Shown here: positions 52,770 to 64,000 of the stretch, piece by piece
How positions within the stretch are numbered: position 1 is the first letter of the stretch
Layout: the number at the start of each line of letters is the position of its first letter
Assembly (NCBI RefSeq): GCF_006345805.1
Contig: NC_043005.1
Location: 18,042,001-18,106,000 of the forward strand
DNA from: Octopus sinensis
Taxonomy: Eukaryota
Reading direction: 5' to 3'
Length of the DNA: 64,000 bases
The notes under the pieces: generated by a model
Seen by the model: only the letters and a program-made list of their open reading frames with translations
Told to the model about the DNA's origin: nothing
Databases searched by the model: none
Position numbers and translations under genes: made by a program

Positions 52770-52809
52770 GTACACGCACACATTTATAGATAGATATATA
52801 TGTAGACAT
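51491..52809. repeat. inverted duplication of ~264 bp (51491-51754 and 52546-52809)
   Basis: The non-microsatellite parts differ by one substitution; microsatellite lengths differ. Confidence 0.92.
52200..52400 (+). mobile_element. degenerate non-LTR RT fragment
   Basis: MRTDGGVKQGDILSLF resembles the GVxQGDxLSPxLF motif. No YADD was recovered. Confidence 0.45.
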
Positions 52810-53254
52810 ATGTAAAATTGACAAAATGAGTACAGTGAACTTGCTGTGCGGAGTGAAAATCCAACGTTTCGGACAAAAGTCCTTTCGCAGAAAAGTTGCT
52901 CGGTATAAAATTAAAAGAAGAGTGCAGGGATTTACATCATTAATAATAAGGTACCAGTCAAGTCCTCGAGTCGATGTCATTGACAAATACACTTCTCCAA
53001 ATTTCAGACCGATGGCCTATGCAACAAACAGTGCTTTAAAATGGCAGTATCGGCAGAGAATAATTCAAAAAAAATTTCCGTATATATTCCCGTTCTTTAT
53101 GCTAAGAGTTGAAGTTCCGCTTAGATTTTGTTCTTTTGTTCTGTTGCTAAAACAAAATACGAATGAAGTAGTGCAGTCAATTCAATCAGTTAATCTCCAA
53201 TCCTCTATAGAGCATTATAATTGTTATCAATAAAGCGGCGAACTGTTTATTATT

Positions 53255-53445
53255 ATCAATAAGGCGCTGGGTAAAATTGCGTCCGTCTTTACGATCCGAG
53301 TTCAAATTCCGCCGACGTCGATTTGTGCTTTTAATCCTCTCGGGGTGCATAAATTAAGTACCAGTGGAGTACTGGGGGTCGATGTAATCGACTGGTACCG
53401 TACCCCAAAATTGCAGGCCTTGTGTCAATAGTAGATAGAATTATG

Positions 53446-53498
<53 letters not shown>

Positions 53499-53542
53499 CA
53501 GTAGCAGTAGTAGTCGTAGTAGTAGTAGTCGTCGTCGTCGTC

Positions 53543-53573
<31 letters not shown>

Positions 53574-53821
53574 AAGTAGTCGTAGTAGTAGTAGTAATGC
53601 GGCGAGTTGGCAGAATCGGTAGCACATTAGGTGAAATGCTTAGCGGCATTTCATCTGCCTTTACGTTCTGAGTTCAAATTCGACGGAGGACGACTTTGCC
53701 TTTCATTCCTTCCGAGGTCGAAAAAATAAGTACCAGTTAAGCACTGGGGGTCGATTTAATCGATTTAGCCCCTTCGCCACACCTGTTGGCCGTGTGTCAA
53801 AGGTTCAAACTATTATTATCA

Positions 53822-53891
<70 letters not shown>

Positions 53892-54095
53892 GAAGGCAGC
53901 GGGCTGGCAGAATCGTTAGCATGCCGGACAAAATGCTTAGCGGCACTTCGCCCACCTTAACTTTCTGGTTCAAATCTCGATTTTGCTTTTCATCTTTCGG
54001 GGTTGATAAATCAAGTACCAGTTGAGCACTGGGGTCGATGTGATCGACTTAACCCCTTCCCCCAAATAGCTGACCTTGTTCTAAAATCTGAAGCT
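53255..54095 (+). mobile_element. three co-oriented SINE family B copies (~53255-53440, 53597-53810, 53892-54095) separated by trinucleotide tracts
   Basis: Each has the family B head and the Meta-like block. Confidence 0.8.
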
Positions 54096-54899
54096 GCCGC
54101 CATAATCATCATCATTAAAAATCGTAGAGCATGGAATATGTTGTGTTTAGTTATGTCTCGATGAGTTTCGGGCTGAAATCCGACCAAAATCAAATTTGTA
54201 CTTCATAATTCTGGAGTCGATGAGTTTATTAACAATCGAATACTGGACTCGAAATATTACACTATGCTACTTTGCGATCTTGCACGCATGTCAGAAATAA
54301 TACCTATTTTTCATTCTTATTTTTCAGAAATCATTCTTATTTTATATTTATAGGGAACATGTGATGAGAACTGTTTTTACGCGACGTTAAAAATGAGAAA
54401 AAAATAGATACAGATGTTCTGACGTGATGTTTAGTTCATCATTTATTAAGCGATATATATAGTCTACCATAGCCTTGTGTTAGTAATAGCATATAGGCAG
54501 AATCTATTACGTAGAAATCGTGTGAAAACCGTCACATATATACATACATACGTACGTACATACATACATATATACATAAATATGTACGTACATACACACA
54601 TACATGCATATATACATACATACGTACATACATACATACATGCATACATGCGTATGTCTGTGTGTGTATTGCAAATTTGAACACTTTTTTTTACCTAATT
54701 ACTTGACCTGAATAAGTTATAGACAGAAAGAAATATAGAAATTAAGAGACAGTGAGGCGGTGATAACTAGAGTCGCAGGAGTGGAGGAGAGACCGTAGTA
54801 GTGAAAGATTTAGAACAAAAAAGGTAAGATATATATTTGTGTAAATAAGAAATAACTTTTCTTTCATATGTTATACTAAAGACACGGCTATGTATGAGT

Positions 54900-55272
54900 G
54901 TACTCGCTTTTTACTTGTTTCAGTCATTTGACTGCGGCCATGCTGGAGCACCGCCTTTAATCGAGCAACTCGACCCCGGGACTAATTCTTTTGTAAGCCC
55001 AGTACTTATTCTATCGATCTCTTTTGCCGAACCGCTAAGTTACGGGGACATAAACACATCGGCTGTCAAGCAATGCTAGGGAGACAAACACAGACACACA
55101 AACATAGACACGCATACATATATATACATATATACGACGGGCTTCTTTCAGTTTCCGTCTACCAAATCCACTCACAAGGCTTTGGTCGGCCCGAGGCTAT
55201 AGTAGAAGACACTTGCCCAAGGTGCCACGCAGTGGGATTGAACCCGGAACCATGTGGTTGGTAAACAAGCTA
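54900..55272 (-). mobile_element. SINE family A, near full length
   Basis: Homologous to family A. Confidence 0.88.
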
Positions 55273-56698
55273 CTATATATCTTTCTTAAACATTTTTTTT
55301 TCGCAATTTCTTTATTAGTCTTTTATATTTAGTTTGGGATGTATCACTAAGAAATATCACCGAGTAATAAGAGTAATAAGAGAAACCCCTCGAGCCTACG
55401 CTCGGTCATTTTACGTCGTTACATATTATAAATTCATATCTCTTGGTCATGTCTCCAGCAAATTCTTATATTAAAATGAAAATAAGAAACATTACATACA
55501 ACGTCTCACTCGATACGAACAAATATAACATAAATATGCGCAGTGATAGTGGACGTCCCCATGTATTGAAAATATAAATACCTCCTTATACAAGCTTTAA
55601 AATTTTTATCCACTAAAGGAATTTTAAGTAAGAAAATTATACACGTTAAATAAACATTACTTAATAACATATACTTTACGTTACAAAAACCAATTCCATC
55701 AACGGATGCAATAACCATTACAAGTACATAATCAACATACATTGTATACTGCAAGAACGAAAAGTCTCTGGTGAAAGAATGGAAGAATATGTTATTGAAA
55801 AAAAAAGAAAGAAAAAGGTGAAAGATAACACATCCGCATTCATACCTAAAATCGAATATATAGCTCGGGTATGTTATAAAAAACACTAAAGTCATAACCT
55901 CCGTCTGAGTGTAAATCCATTAACGTGTAAATCACAGAAGATATTTCAAATAACCAATGAAATATATAAATTGCGACGTAAATAGGAAAATTCAGTGTGA
56001 AAATTGGGCACACAATTACGACGCTTTCTCGTTGGTTGACCATGCACTTACATCAAAGAGCTATTGAAATCCCTTATACAGGACATGAAATATAATTACA
56101 TAGAAAGACAGTTATTAACTCTAAAATTTTGTATATGATTCCATATCAAAAAGAACATTTGAAGAATTTTTTAGGGAAGTTTAACTTGCGAACCAAGACT
56201 TAACACACAGATATAACACACATGAGAAGTAAATCAGGATCCCGCCACATCTTTGCCGTTCTATGAGTTTTATATCGTAGACACTTTATCAGTTACATCA
56301 GTACTACTATAATCCTTTGTGATATGCGGCAAAACCGGTAACAGCATACAGTTATAACAATCATTTCATTCTGATGGTGAGGCCAGGAATGTCTTCAAAC
56401 GATCGAGAATAATTCAATTTAAAATCATTAATTAACAAATAAAAAAATATGAAAACAATATGAAAAACCACAAATAAACAGGATTAAAGCTTGATCACTG
56501 GCTGAAACTTCGAAGTGACTGTCATTCCACTTTTTGTACAAAAATTCTTCAGTTTAATGATAAATTGTTTTTATGTAACAGAAAAGCAAACATCAATATA
56601 TGCATGTATGTATAAGTATATATACATACATACACACACACATACATAGATAGAGAGAGAGAGACATACATAAATTTATATGAACATATATATTTACG

Positions 56699-56729
<31 letters not shown>

Positions 56730-56745
56730 TTATATAGGCATACTA

Positions 56746-56784
<39 letters not shown>

Positions 56785-57368
56785 CACACACATATATAAT
56801 CATTCGCACGTATGTGTATATAAGTATGTATAAAATATAAGTAGGCAAATGAAATTTCAAATTCCTGGAAATTTTTATCAAAATAGCAAACATTCTTAAC
56901 CAGATAATGGATTGAAAGTTTCATTTGAGAATTTGAATTTCATTTAATTTTTCTTTGTTTTTCTTTTTGCATGTATATTTTCATTTCATCATGAAAATTT
57001 TTTTGCTCTTCAAGATATATCCAGACGAAAATGTCAAAGCCTACTTCAGCGCCAACGTGAGCAGTAGGTGGAGAGGCTGAAAACGAGAGCCAAGTATAAA
57101 TGCGTTGTATATGCAATAAATATATGTGCATACACACACACACACACACACGCACACAAACACACTCACATACACACACATTCAACACAACACAACACGA
57201 CATACACACATACAAAACAGAGCGCACAAACATGCAACATATATGCATACGCACATAACAGAATATGAAAAGATTCTTCGTCGGTTACGATGAGGATTGT
57301 TCCAGTCGATCCGATGAAAGGAACAACGTATATATATACATATATATATACATATATATAAATCTATG

Positions 57369-57425
<57 letters not shown>

Positions 57426-57655
57426 AATATATGTATATATGTATATGGATACATGTGCATTTATATATACATGTACATATATATACATATACATAAATAT
57501 ATATATAAGTACATGTATATATATAAATATGTAGAAGTATGTATGTATATACATGTACATGTAAATGTATAAATACATATATATACACATATATATACAT
57601 ATATACACATATATATACATATATACATATATACATACACGCACATACTCACACA

Positions 57656-57702
<47 letters not shown>

Positions 57703-58548
57703 TATATATATATATATATATATATACAACACATACACAAATATGTATATACACACACAAAGAATAGAAATATGTGTGTGTAAAAGAATGGAAATATACA
57801 ACTGGGATCAAATTTACGGAATATGCCGTCCCCAAAACTGTTTGACTACGTTAAAAATCAATACTTATGTTCTTGTGAACCATGAAAAGTTCTTGAGCCA
57901 CAGACGACTCGTGTCGAGCAGCGGAGGCTCACTTCCCGGAAGAAACCGTATCGCTTCAGTTATGCTTTGGGAAAATGTCCATATACGTCACAGCATTTAT
58001 TTGTGCTTTATATTTTACTACTTTGGTTATAAATCAGAGAGATGACTTATAAGTAGAGGAAAGGAACCAATATATTGTGTAGTGCATTGGAAGATGATGC
58101 CAAATTTTGAAACATGATGCAGTATTGTACAGTGAAACAGAATCAAACACGGATTTATGTGGGATGCACTCCTACAGAATTTGATATACGATAAACGATA
58201 AAGTAATGGAAGAACTATATAACAGATTTGACTGGATCGTGTAACAGATCAATGTTTTATACATCGGATTTCGTTTCCATCGAGCAATGTATCTCATTGT
58301 TTATGTATTTATGTCTTGTTATCGTCGCCTCTCCCGCCTCACCACATATATTTAAAATTGTTGTAGGAAAATTTTTTTGATATGCAAGTATGGCTTAGTG
58401 ATTAAGAAACCTGTTTTCGATTTCAGTTCCACAGCAAGACACTGGGCGTCTTCCTGAATAACCTAGATCAGCCGATACCTCGTGAAAGGAGTTAGTAGAC
58501 GGAAGCCAGTCATAGATATATATATATATATATATATGTCTATCTATC

Positions 58549-58637
<89 letters not shown>

Positions 58638-59174
58638 CAGAGGGACGCTGCCGTGTGTTATATAAATATATATATATATATATAAAGGCTAAAGACCCCT
58701 TTTAGTCATATATGACCATGGGACTTATATATTACTTGTATATGGTGTGTTATGAGAATTTATGGAAAGGTATCCCACAGAACACAATAAATTTTAAATT
58801 TATTAAAAATGGAGGAGAGATGTTAACATCTAACTTCCTGCAAAATATCAAGAATCTTTGTTAGAAATTGCTTTTGGGAACCCTCCAAAGTAAAAGATGA
58901 AATATAATTCAACCTTTATACACACACACGCACACACACCCACACACTGACGCACACATTTATATATATATATATATAAGTAGTTGAATGAATTATCTTA
59001 GTATGGATAATTCGGTTAACCGATACCTGGGTAGCAAATTCACGTCAGAAAAACACGATTGAAGCTACATGCCAAGGGCAGAGATCACGTGCTTTCGTGT
59101 GGAAATTTGTATGTTTTTTTAATACAAATAAACGAAAGAATGGAGTTGAACGACGATTTAACAAAATTCCTTTA

Positions 59175-59257
59175 TTCTCGACATATGTTTCGAAGGCGGC
59201 ATATTCCTAATTTCGAAGGAATAAGGGGTGCATTATGCCGCCTTCTCATCAGGAAAA
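59175..59257 (-). ncRNA. type I hammerhead ribozyme, fully canonical core
   Basis: ttttc CTGATGA gaaggcggcata [30 nt] tatgccgccttc GAAAC atat GTC gagaa. Perfect 12-bp stem II with a G10.1-C11.1 pair, palindromic stem III ACATATGT, GUC cleavage triplet. Confidence 0.85.
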
Positions 59258-59478
59258 ACAAGGAAGTTATGTCAGCATCAAGATGAACAAAAACTCTTAG
59301 ATGACTGCCCACACGGAGTCATAGCGATAATGAATGTTTCTTTAAAATATTCCGTTATAAGCAGTGACGTTAAAAATGGTTGAATGTAGGAGATTCTAGA
59401 AAGTTCAAGGGTTCAAACAAGGTTGGAGGGGAGAGATCTAAGAATATATATATATATATATATATATGTGTGTATGTG

Positions 59479-59511
<33 letters not shown>

Positions 59512-59519
59512 CATGCCAC

Positions 59520-59830
59520 TAACACTCCGTCAGTTTAACAACGAGAGTTCCAGTTGATCTGACCAACGGCACAGCTTACTCGTGTAATTAACGTGTAAAT
59601 GGCTGAGCACTCCACAGATACGCATACACTTAACCTAGTTCTCAGGGAAATCGAGCGTGACAGAGAATGTGACAAGGAAGGCCCTTTGAAATACAGAAAC
59701 AACTCATTTTTGCCAGCTGAGTGGAGTGGAGCAACGTGAAATAAAGTGTCTTTCTCAAGGACACAACGCGCCGCTGAGAATTGAGCTCACAACGGTACCA
59801 TCGCAAGTCCATTACCGTAACCCCTAAGGC
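59520..59830 (-). mobile_element. SINE family C'
   Basis: Reverse-complement homology to 43565-43880. Confidence 0.75.
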
Positions 59831-60203
59831 ACGTGTCCTGAATTGGCTTGTTTCGGCGCCCGTATCTTAACGGTTCGACGAAAGAAAATGATAGAATGAG
59901 CGCCAGACATCAAAATAAATATCGTAGTCAGTCTGCTCACTCAAAGCTCTCCATAGCTGTCCTGCAGTATGATCGTAGTCCAATTACTGGTACAAGTGAA
60001 GAGAAAGCATAAAAGATTCAACAGAGATACAATATTTGAAAATAAGTCTTCTTAAATTAATAATTATTAATTATGTAAAAAAAATCTTTAAAAAAAAGCA
60101 GATTAACACAGACCTAATGAGAGGTTAATTTTAATATGCTCCGTTTATACATTTTTATATAATTAGTAATTGTTTAATTTTAAAAATGGATACTTTTTTT
60201 TCA

Positions 60204-60241
60204 TGGCGCAGGCGTGGCTGTGTGGTAAGTAGTTTGCTTAC
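60204..60241 (+). mobile_element. SINE family A head, truncated
   Basis: GGCGCAGGCGTGGCTGTGTGGTAAGTAGTTTGCTTACC matches the family A 5' end and then stops abruptly. Confidence 0.75.
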
Positions 60242-61700
60242 CGTACTACAGAAGAGTTCGTTCTGCTTGGAAGTCACGTCTTTCGACGAGAAATATTGAA
60301 CGTTTGAAGCACGACTACAGATAGGCGATTGTTTTATTTTGGGGGGTTTAGTGGAGTTTGTTGCTCTTTAATTAATAATTTTTGCTGAGCAACAGTCTCC
60401 ATTATGTTCCAGGCATTTGCTTGCCTGTGGTCGTGCGAAAACAATCACTTTGCAGTGAGAATTGTGTTTTTGAGGAGGCGTATTCCTTCCGCAAATTGTT
60501 TTGGGTGAAAATTGTGTTTGCGTGACTGTGTTCGTGCCCTGGAAGTTCCATTGGATTTACCACAGCGAGGAGTACGAGGACAGCAAGAATGAATTTTTGT
60601 GCTGCGACGGTGAACTGGAGTACCTGTATAATTGTGGATTACTTATAGACCAGGATTACCGGAGTGGCGGAATTGTGTTGCCGTGAATTGAACTGTCTTC
60701 CTTCGTTCTTTTTCTCTGCTCTGTCTTTCTGTTCGTTTTTTGTGTTTTTTATTGAACTTTTATTTGAAATATTTGAACTTTGTGTTGAACACTTTTTCTT
60801 TCTTTGTTTTTGCAAGCATGGCAACAAAGAAAATCACTGTACTGGAGTGGGAAATTTTACCCCCTAAGCAGTAGATAAAGGACCTTAATGAGAGAATGGT
60901 GGTGTTCAGGATATATTCCAAGTCCCTTGAACATCATCACTGTGTTCCCTCAAGTCGAGATAGAGAAAGAGTTGGCAGAATACCTGCCAACTATCAAGTT
61001 TATTGCAAGGAGTGTCAAATTTGCAACAGTGTGGTTGATATTTAACACCCCTGAGGAGACTCGCATTTTCGCAAGTCAGGCTGTGGAGAGGGAAAAATTA
61101 TTATTTCTTCCCACATATCACGGGAGGAAATTGACAAGAGCTTGGGTGAGTAGGCTGCCACCCGGAATAGAGCCCGAGTAGATAGAGGACACTATCCGCC
61201 GAGGTCTGGGTGGCAGCGGAGCCAGGCTCTTAAATGTTAAAATGCTTCCTGTGGCTAATTGGGTGGGGTCGAAAGCAATTTTGACCCTATGGACCCAATC
61301 AGCCAAAGATCTAGTTTTTCTAGATTTCCTAAAGATGGCCGGTTCTAGGTATCCGGTGATTCTGGAGGACGCCCCCAAGTGTCACCTGTACATGGAATCG
61401 GGTCACATAAAGAAGAACTGCTCCAAGAACCAAGCAAGGGTACTGGAGCAGTTAATAGAAGATCTCCCTGTCCCCACCCAAGAGAGGCTCCTGAATCTCT
61501 AACGGAGGGACGGGTAGAGAAAGTCGAGGAGAAGGTAACCGACTCAAAAACAAAAGGAAAAAATGAAAGAAGATGAGCAAAAATGGTTGCCCACCAATAG
61601 ATCCTGAGGCGGCGGGAGGGAAGGAGGGACTTCCGAACATTGCGGAGGAACTCCACCCTCCCTTCGATCTTGTGTATGGGCCCCCAACTTGCGGCTGCTG
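60242..61700 (+). mobile_element. Tx1/L1-like LINE 5' part: putative UTR plus a disrupted ORF1 with a zinc knuckle
   Basis: ATG at 60818 (MATKKITVLEWEILPP...) with stops and frameshifts; ...YPVILEDAPKCHLYMESGHIKKNC is a decayed CX2CX4HX4C, followed by a charged tail. No ORF2 was found. Confidence 0.65.
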
Positions 61701-61854
61701 GAATACCTGTAGGAGGTAAGAAAGTTTATTAAGGACTCATATATGTAATAGGCTTATCGCCTTATTAAATTGTTTTTAATTGTAATAGACTTTTTAGTCC
61801 ATAAAATATTATAAAATTGTAAGTGAGTTAATACTTCATTCAGTATTGTCTATG

Positions 61855-61858
61855 TCTG

Positions 61859-61952
<94 letters not shown>

Positions 61953-61989
61953 CATCCATCCATCCATCCATCCATCCATCCATCCATCC

Positions 61990-62024
<35 letters not shown>

Positions 62025-62036
62025 CATCCATCCATC

Positions 62037-62121
<85 letters not shown>
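61855..62121. repeat. (TATC)n/(CATC)n microsatellite
   Basis: Directly visible. Confidence 0.95.
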
Positions 62122-62122
<1 letters not shown>

Positions 62123-62169
62123 AAATATACAGAGGGTCGCTGCCGTGTGTTATATAAATATATATATAT

Positions 62170-62480
62170 ATATATAAAGGCTAAAGACCCCTTTTAGTCA
62201 TGTATGACCATGGGACTGCATGTAGAAAGTTCTGATGCTTTTTGTGGAAAAGCATCAGTTTCTCCTCTCGACGCTACCGAATTTGTCCAAGGGAAAAGCA
62301 AAGGAGCAGAAGCAGCTTGGCACCAGTGACGTTGCAACTCATTTCTACACCTGAATAAACTGGAGCAACGTCGAATTAAGTTTGTCTTGCTCAAGAACAC
62401 AACACACAATCCGGTCCAGGAATCGAACTTCTCAACCTCACAATTGTAAGCTCTACGCTGTAATGACTGAACCATGTGTA
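62170..62480 (-). mobile_element. SINE family C
   Basis: Reverse-complement homology to 40589-40915. Confidence 0.8.
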
Positions 62481-62565
62481 TACAAATCCACTGGTTGCAT
62501 ATTTAGGGTTAGAATGCTTTTGCTCATAAGCCTGCTCAGTTTGAGCCGACCTATGCCTATATACC

Positions 62566-62624
<59 letters not shown>

Positions 62625-63039
62625 AAACAAAAGCAACAACAGCGACAACAGTATCAGCGGCAGCAACCAAAAGGAATGCTGTAAATCATACTCCCTTTAA
62701 ACGCATTCTTTTTCTGAACTGTCATTGCTGAAAGTTTTAATGTTGCTACATAGAAATTGCTGAAGATTGCTTCAGATTACTGGTTACCTTTACATGGCTT
62801 TTGCGAGGAAATGCAAAGCGTTGTCTACATCCTAGTGGCAAGTTGTTGTTACACTGTTCACTAAAAATTGCAATACATTCTTAGTCGGTCGTTAGCAGGT
62901 CTGGTCACCTTGTCAAACATACACGAAGACAAGCTGGAGGAGCCCTTTGAATGCTTTCTAAGGAAGATATGTCTAACACATGGAAATATGTTTTATCCTA
63001 CATTATGACAAAGTCTAATAGTAATTGCTATACTCTTTT

Positions 63040-63206
63040 ACCCTCTTTTACTCTTTTACTTGTTTCAGTGATTTGACTGTGGAGCACCGCCTTTAGTCCA
63101 GCAAATCGACCCCCAGCACTTATTATTTGTAAGCCCAGTACTTATTCTATCGGTCTTTTTTGCCGAACCGCAAAGCGATGTTGGGTGGGGGGATACAGAC
63201 ACACAA

Positions 63207-63249
<43 letters not shown>

Positions 63250-63421
63250 CATATATACGACGGGCTTGTTTCAGTTTCCGTCTACCAAATCCACTCACAA
63301 GGCTTTAGTCGACCCGAGGCTGTAGTAGAAGACACTTGTCCAAGGAGCCACGCAGTAGGACTGAATCCGGAACCATGTGGTTGGTAAGTAATCTACTTAC
63401 ATCACAGCCACTCTTACGCCT
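63040..63421 (-). mobile_element. SINE family A, full length
   Basis: Homologous to family A. Confidence 0.88.
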
Positions 63422-63641
63422 ATTATATATATATATATATATATTTGTTGAAATAGAAAGATGAATTTTCTTGTTACAGATTATTCAAGCCACAATATGG
63501 TACCCTTATTTAATCAGAATTTGGAAATTTGTGGCCTTTGAAACATGTGTAGAGAATGTAATAAAAGGAATTCTGTACAATCTTCGTTCAACTCCATTTC
63601 TTCCATTCACTAATAATATACATACATTATTATATATATAT

Positions 63642-63693
<52 letters not shown>

Positions 63694-63696
63694 TTC

Positions 63697-64000
63697 TCTT
63701 TTTCACTTGTTTCAGCCACCCGACTGCGGCCATGCTGGAGCACCACCTTTAGTCGAGCAAATCGACCCCGGGACTTATTCTTTGTAAGCCCAGTACTTAT
63801 TCTATCGGTCTCTTTTGCCGAACCGCTAAGTGACGGAGACGTAAACACACCAGCATCGGTTGTCAAGCAATGCTAGGGGGACAAACATACACACACAAAC
63901 AAATATACACACACATATACATATATATACATATATACGACAGGCTTCTTTCAGTTTCCGTCTACCAAATCCACTCACAAGGCATTGGTCGGCCCGGGGC
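63697..64000 (-). mobile_element. SINE family A, cut by window edge
   Basis: Homologous to family A. Confidence 0.88.

Larger units (their letters stand above)
58632..62217. repeat. 94-bp direct duplication (58632-58725 and 62124-62217), each copy downstream of a (TATC)n tract
   Basis: 92/94 identical, offset 3492 bp. Confidence 0.9.

Noticed and set aside
55388-55405. GAGCCTACGCTC hairpin identical to stem II of the U6 family
   Set aside because: The flanks lack the core and GAAAC; only 12-14 bp are shared.
55506-56043. Hydrophobic minus-strand ORFs as a GPCR or membrane-protein pseudogene
   Set aside because: The hydrophobicity is explained by T-richness of the minus strand; no recognisable receptor motif.
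56485-56525. TTGATCA...GAAACTTCGAAGTG with a 10-nt palindrome
   Set aside because: G at the cleavage position, C at position 8, and no stem I or II.

Overview
AT-rich, microsatellite-saturated animal genomic DNA. The repeat families look like those of Octopus (inference from recognition, not a database search). There is one 100-N assembly gap (16199-16298). No host protein-coding exon could be supported; almost all ORFs in the track are microsatellite read-throughs. The window is mostly mobile-element debris: about 35 copies of at least three tRNA-derived SINE families, two Penelope-like (PLE) GIY-YIG fragments, two mariner fragments, a deleted maT/DD37D-type Tc1/mariner, a non-autonomous Helitron, an R4/Dong-type LINE end within (AAT)n, a Tx1/L1-type LINE end within (TATC)n, two distant zinc-knuckle ORF1 remnants and two RT fragments. 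The most notable signal is ten type I hammerhead-ribozyme-like motifs from about six unrelated sequence contexts. Three have a canonical CUGANGA core. The rest carry core variants: U6 in three copies, C4 in three copies and a compensatory U3-A8 in one. Most have a palindromic or near-palindromic stem III, as in dimer-cleaving PLE hammerheads. All structures were folded by eye. Several local inverted and direct duplications and foldbacks are also present. SINE boundaries are approximate.
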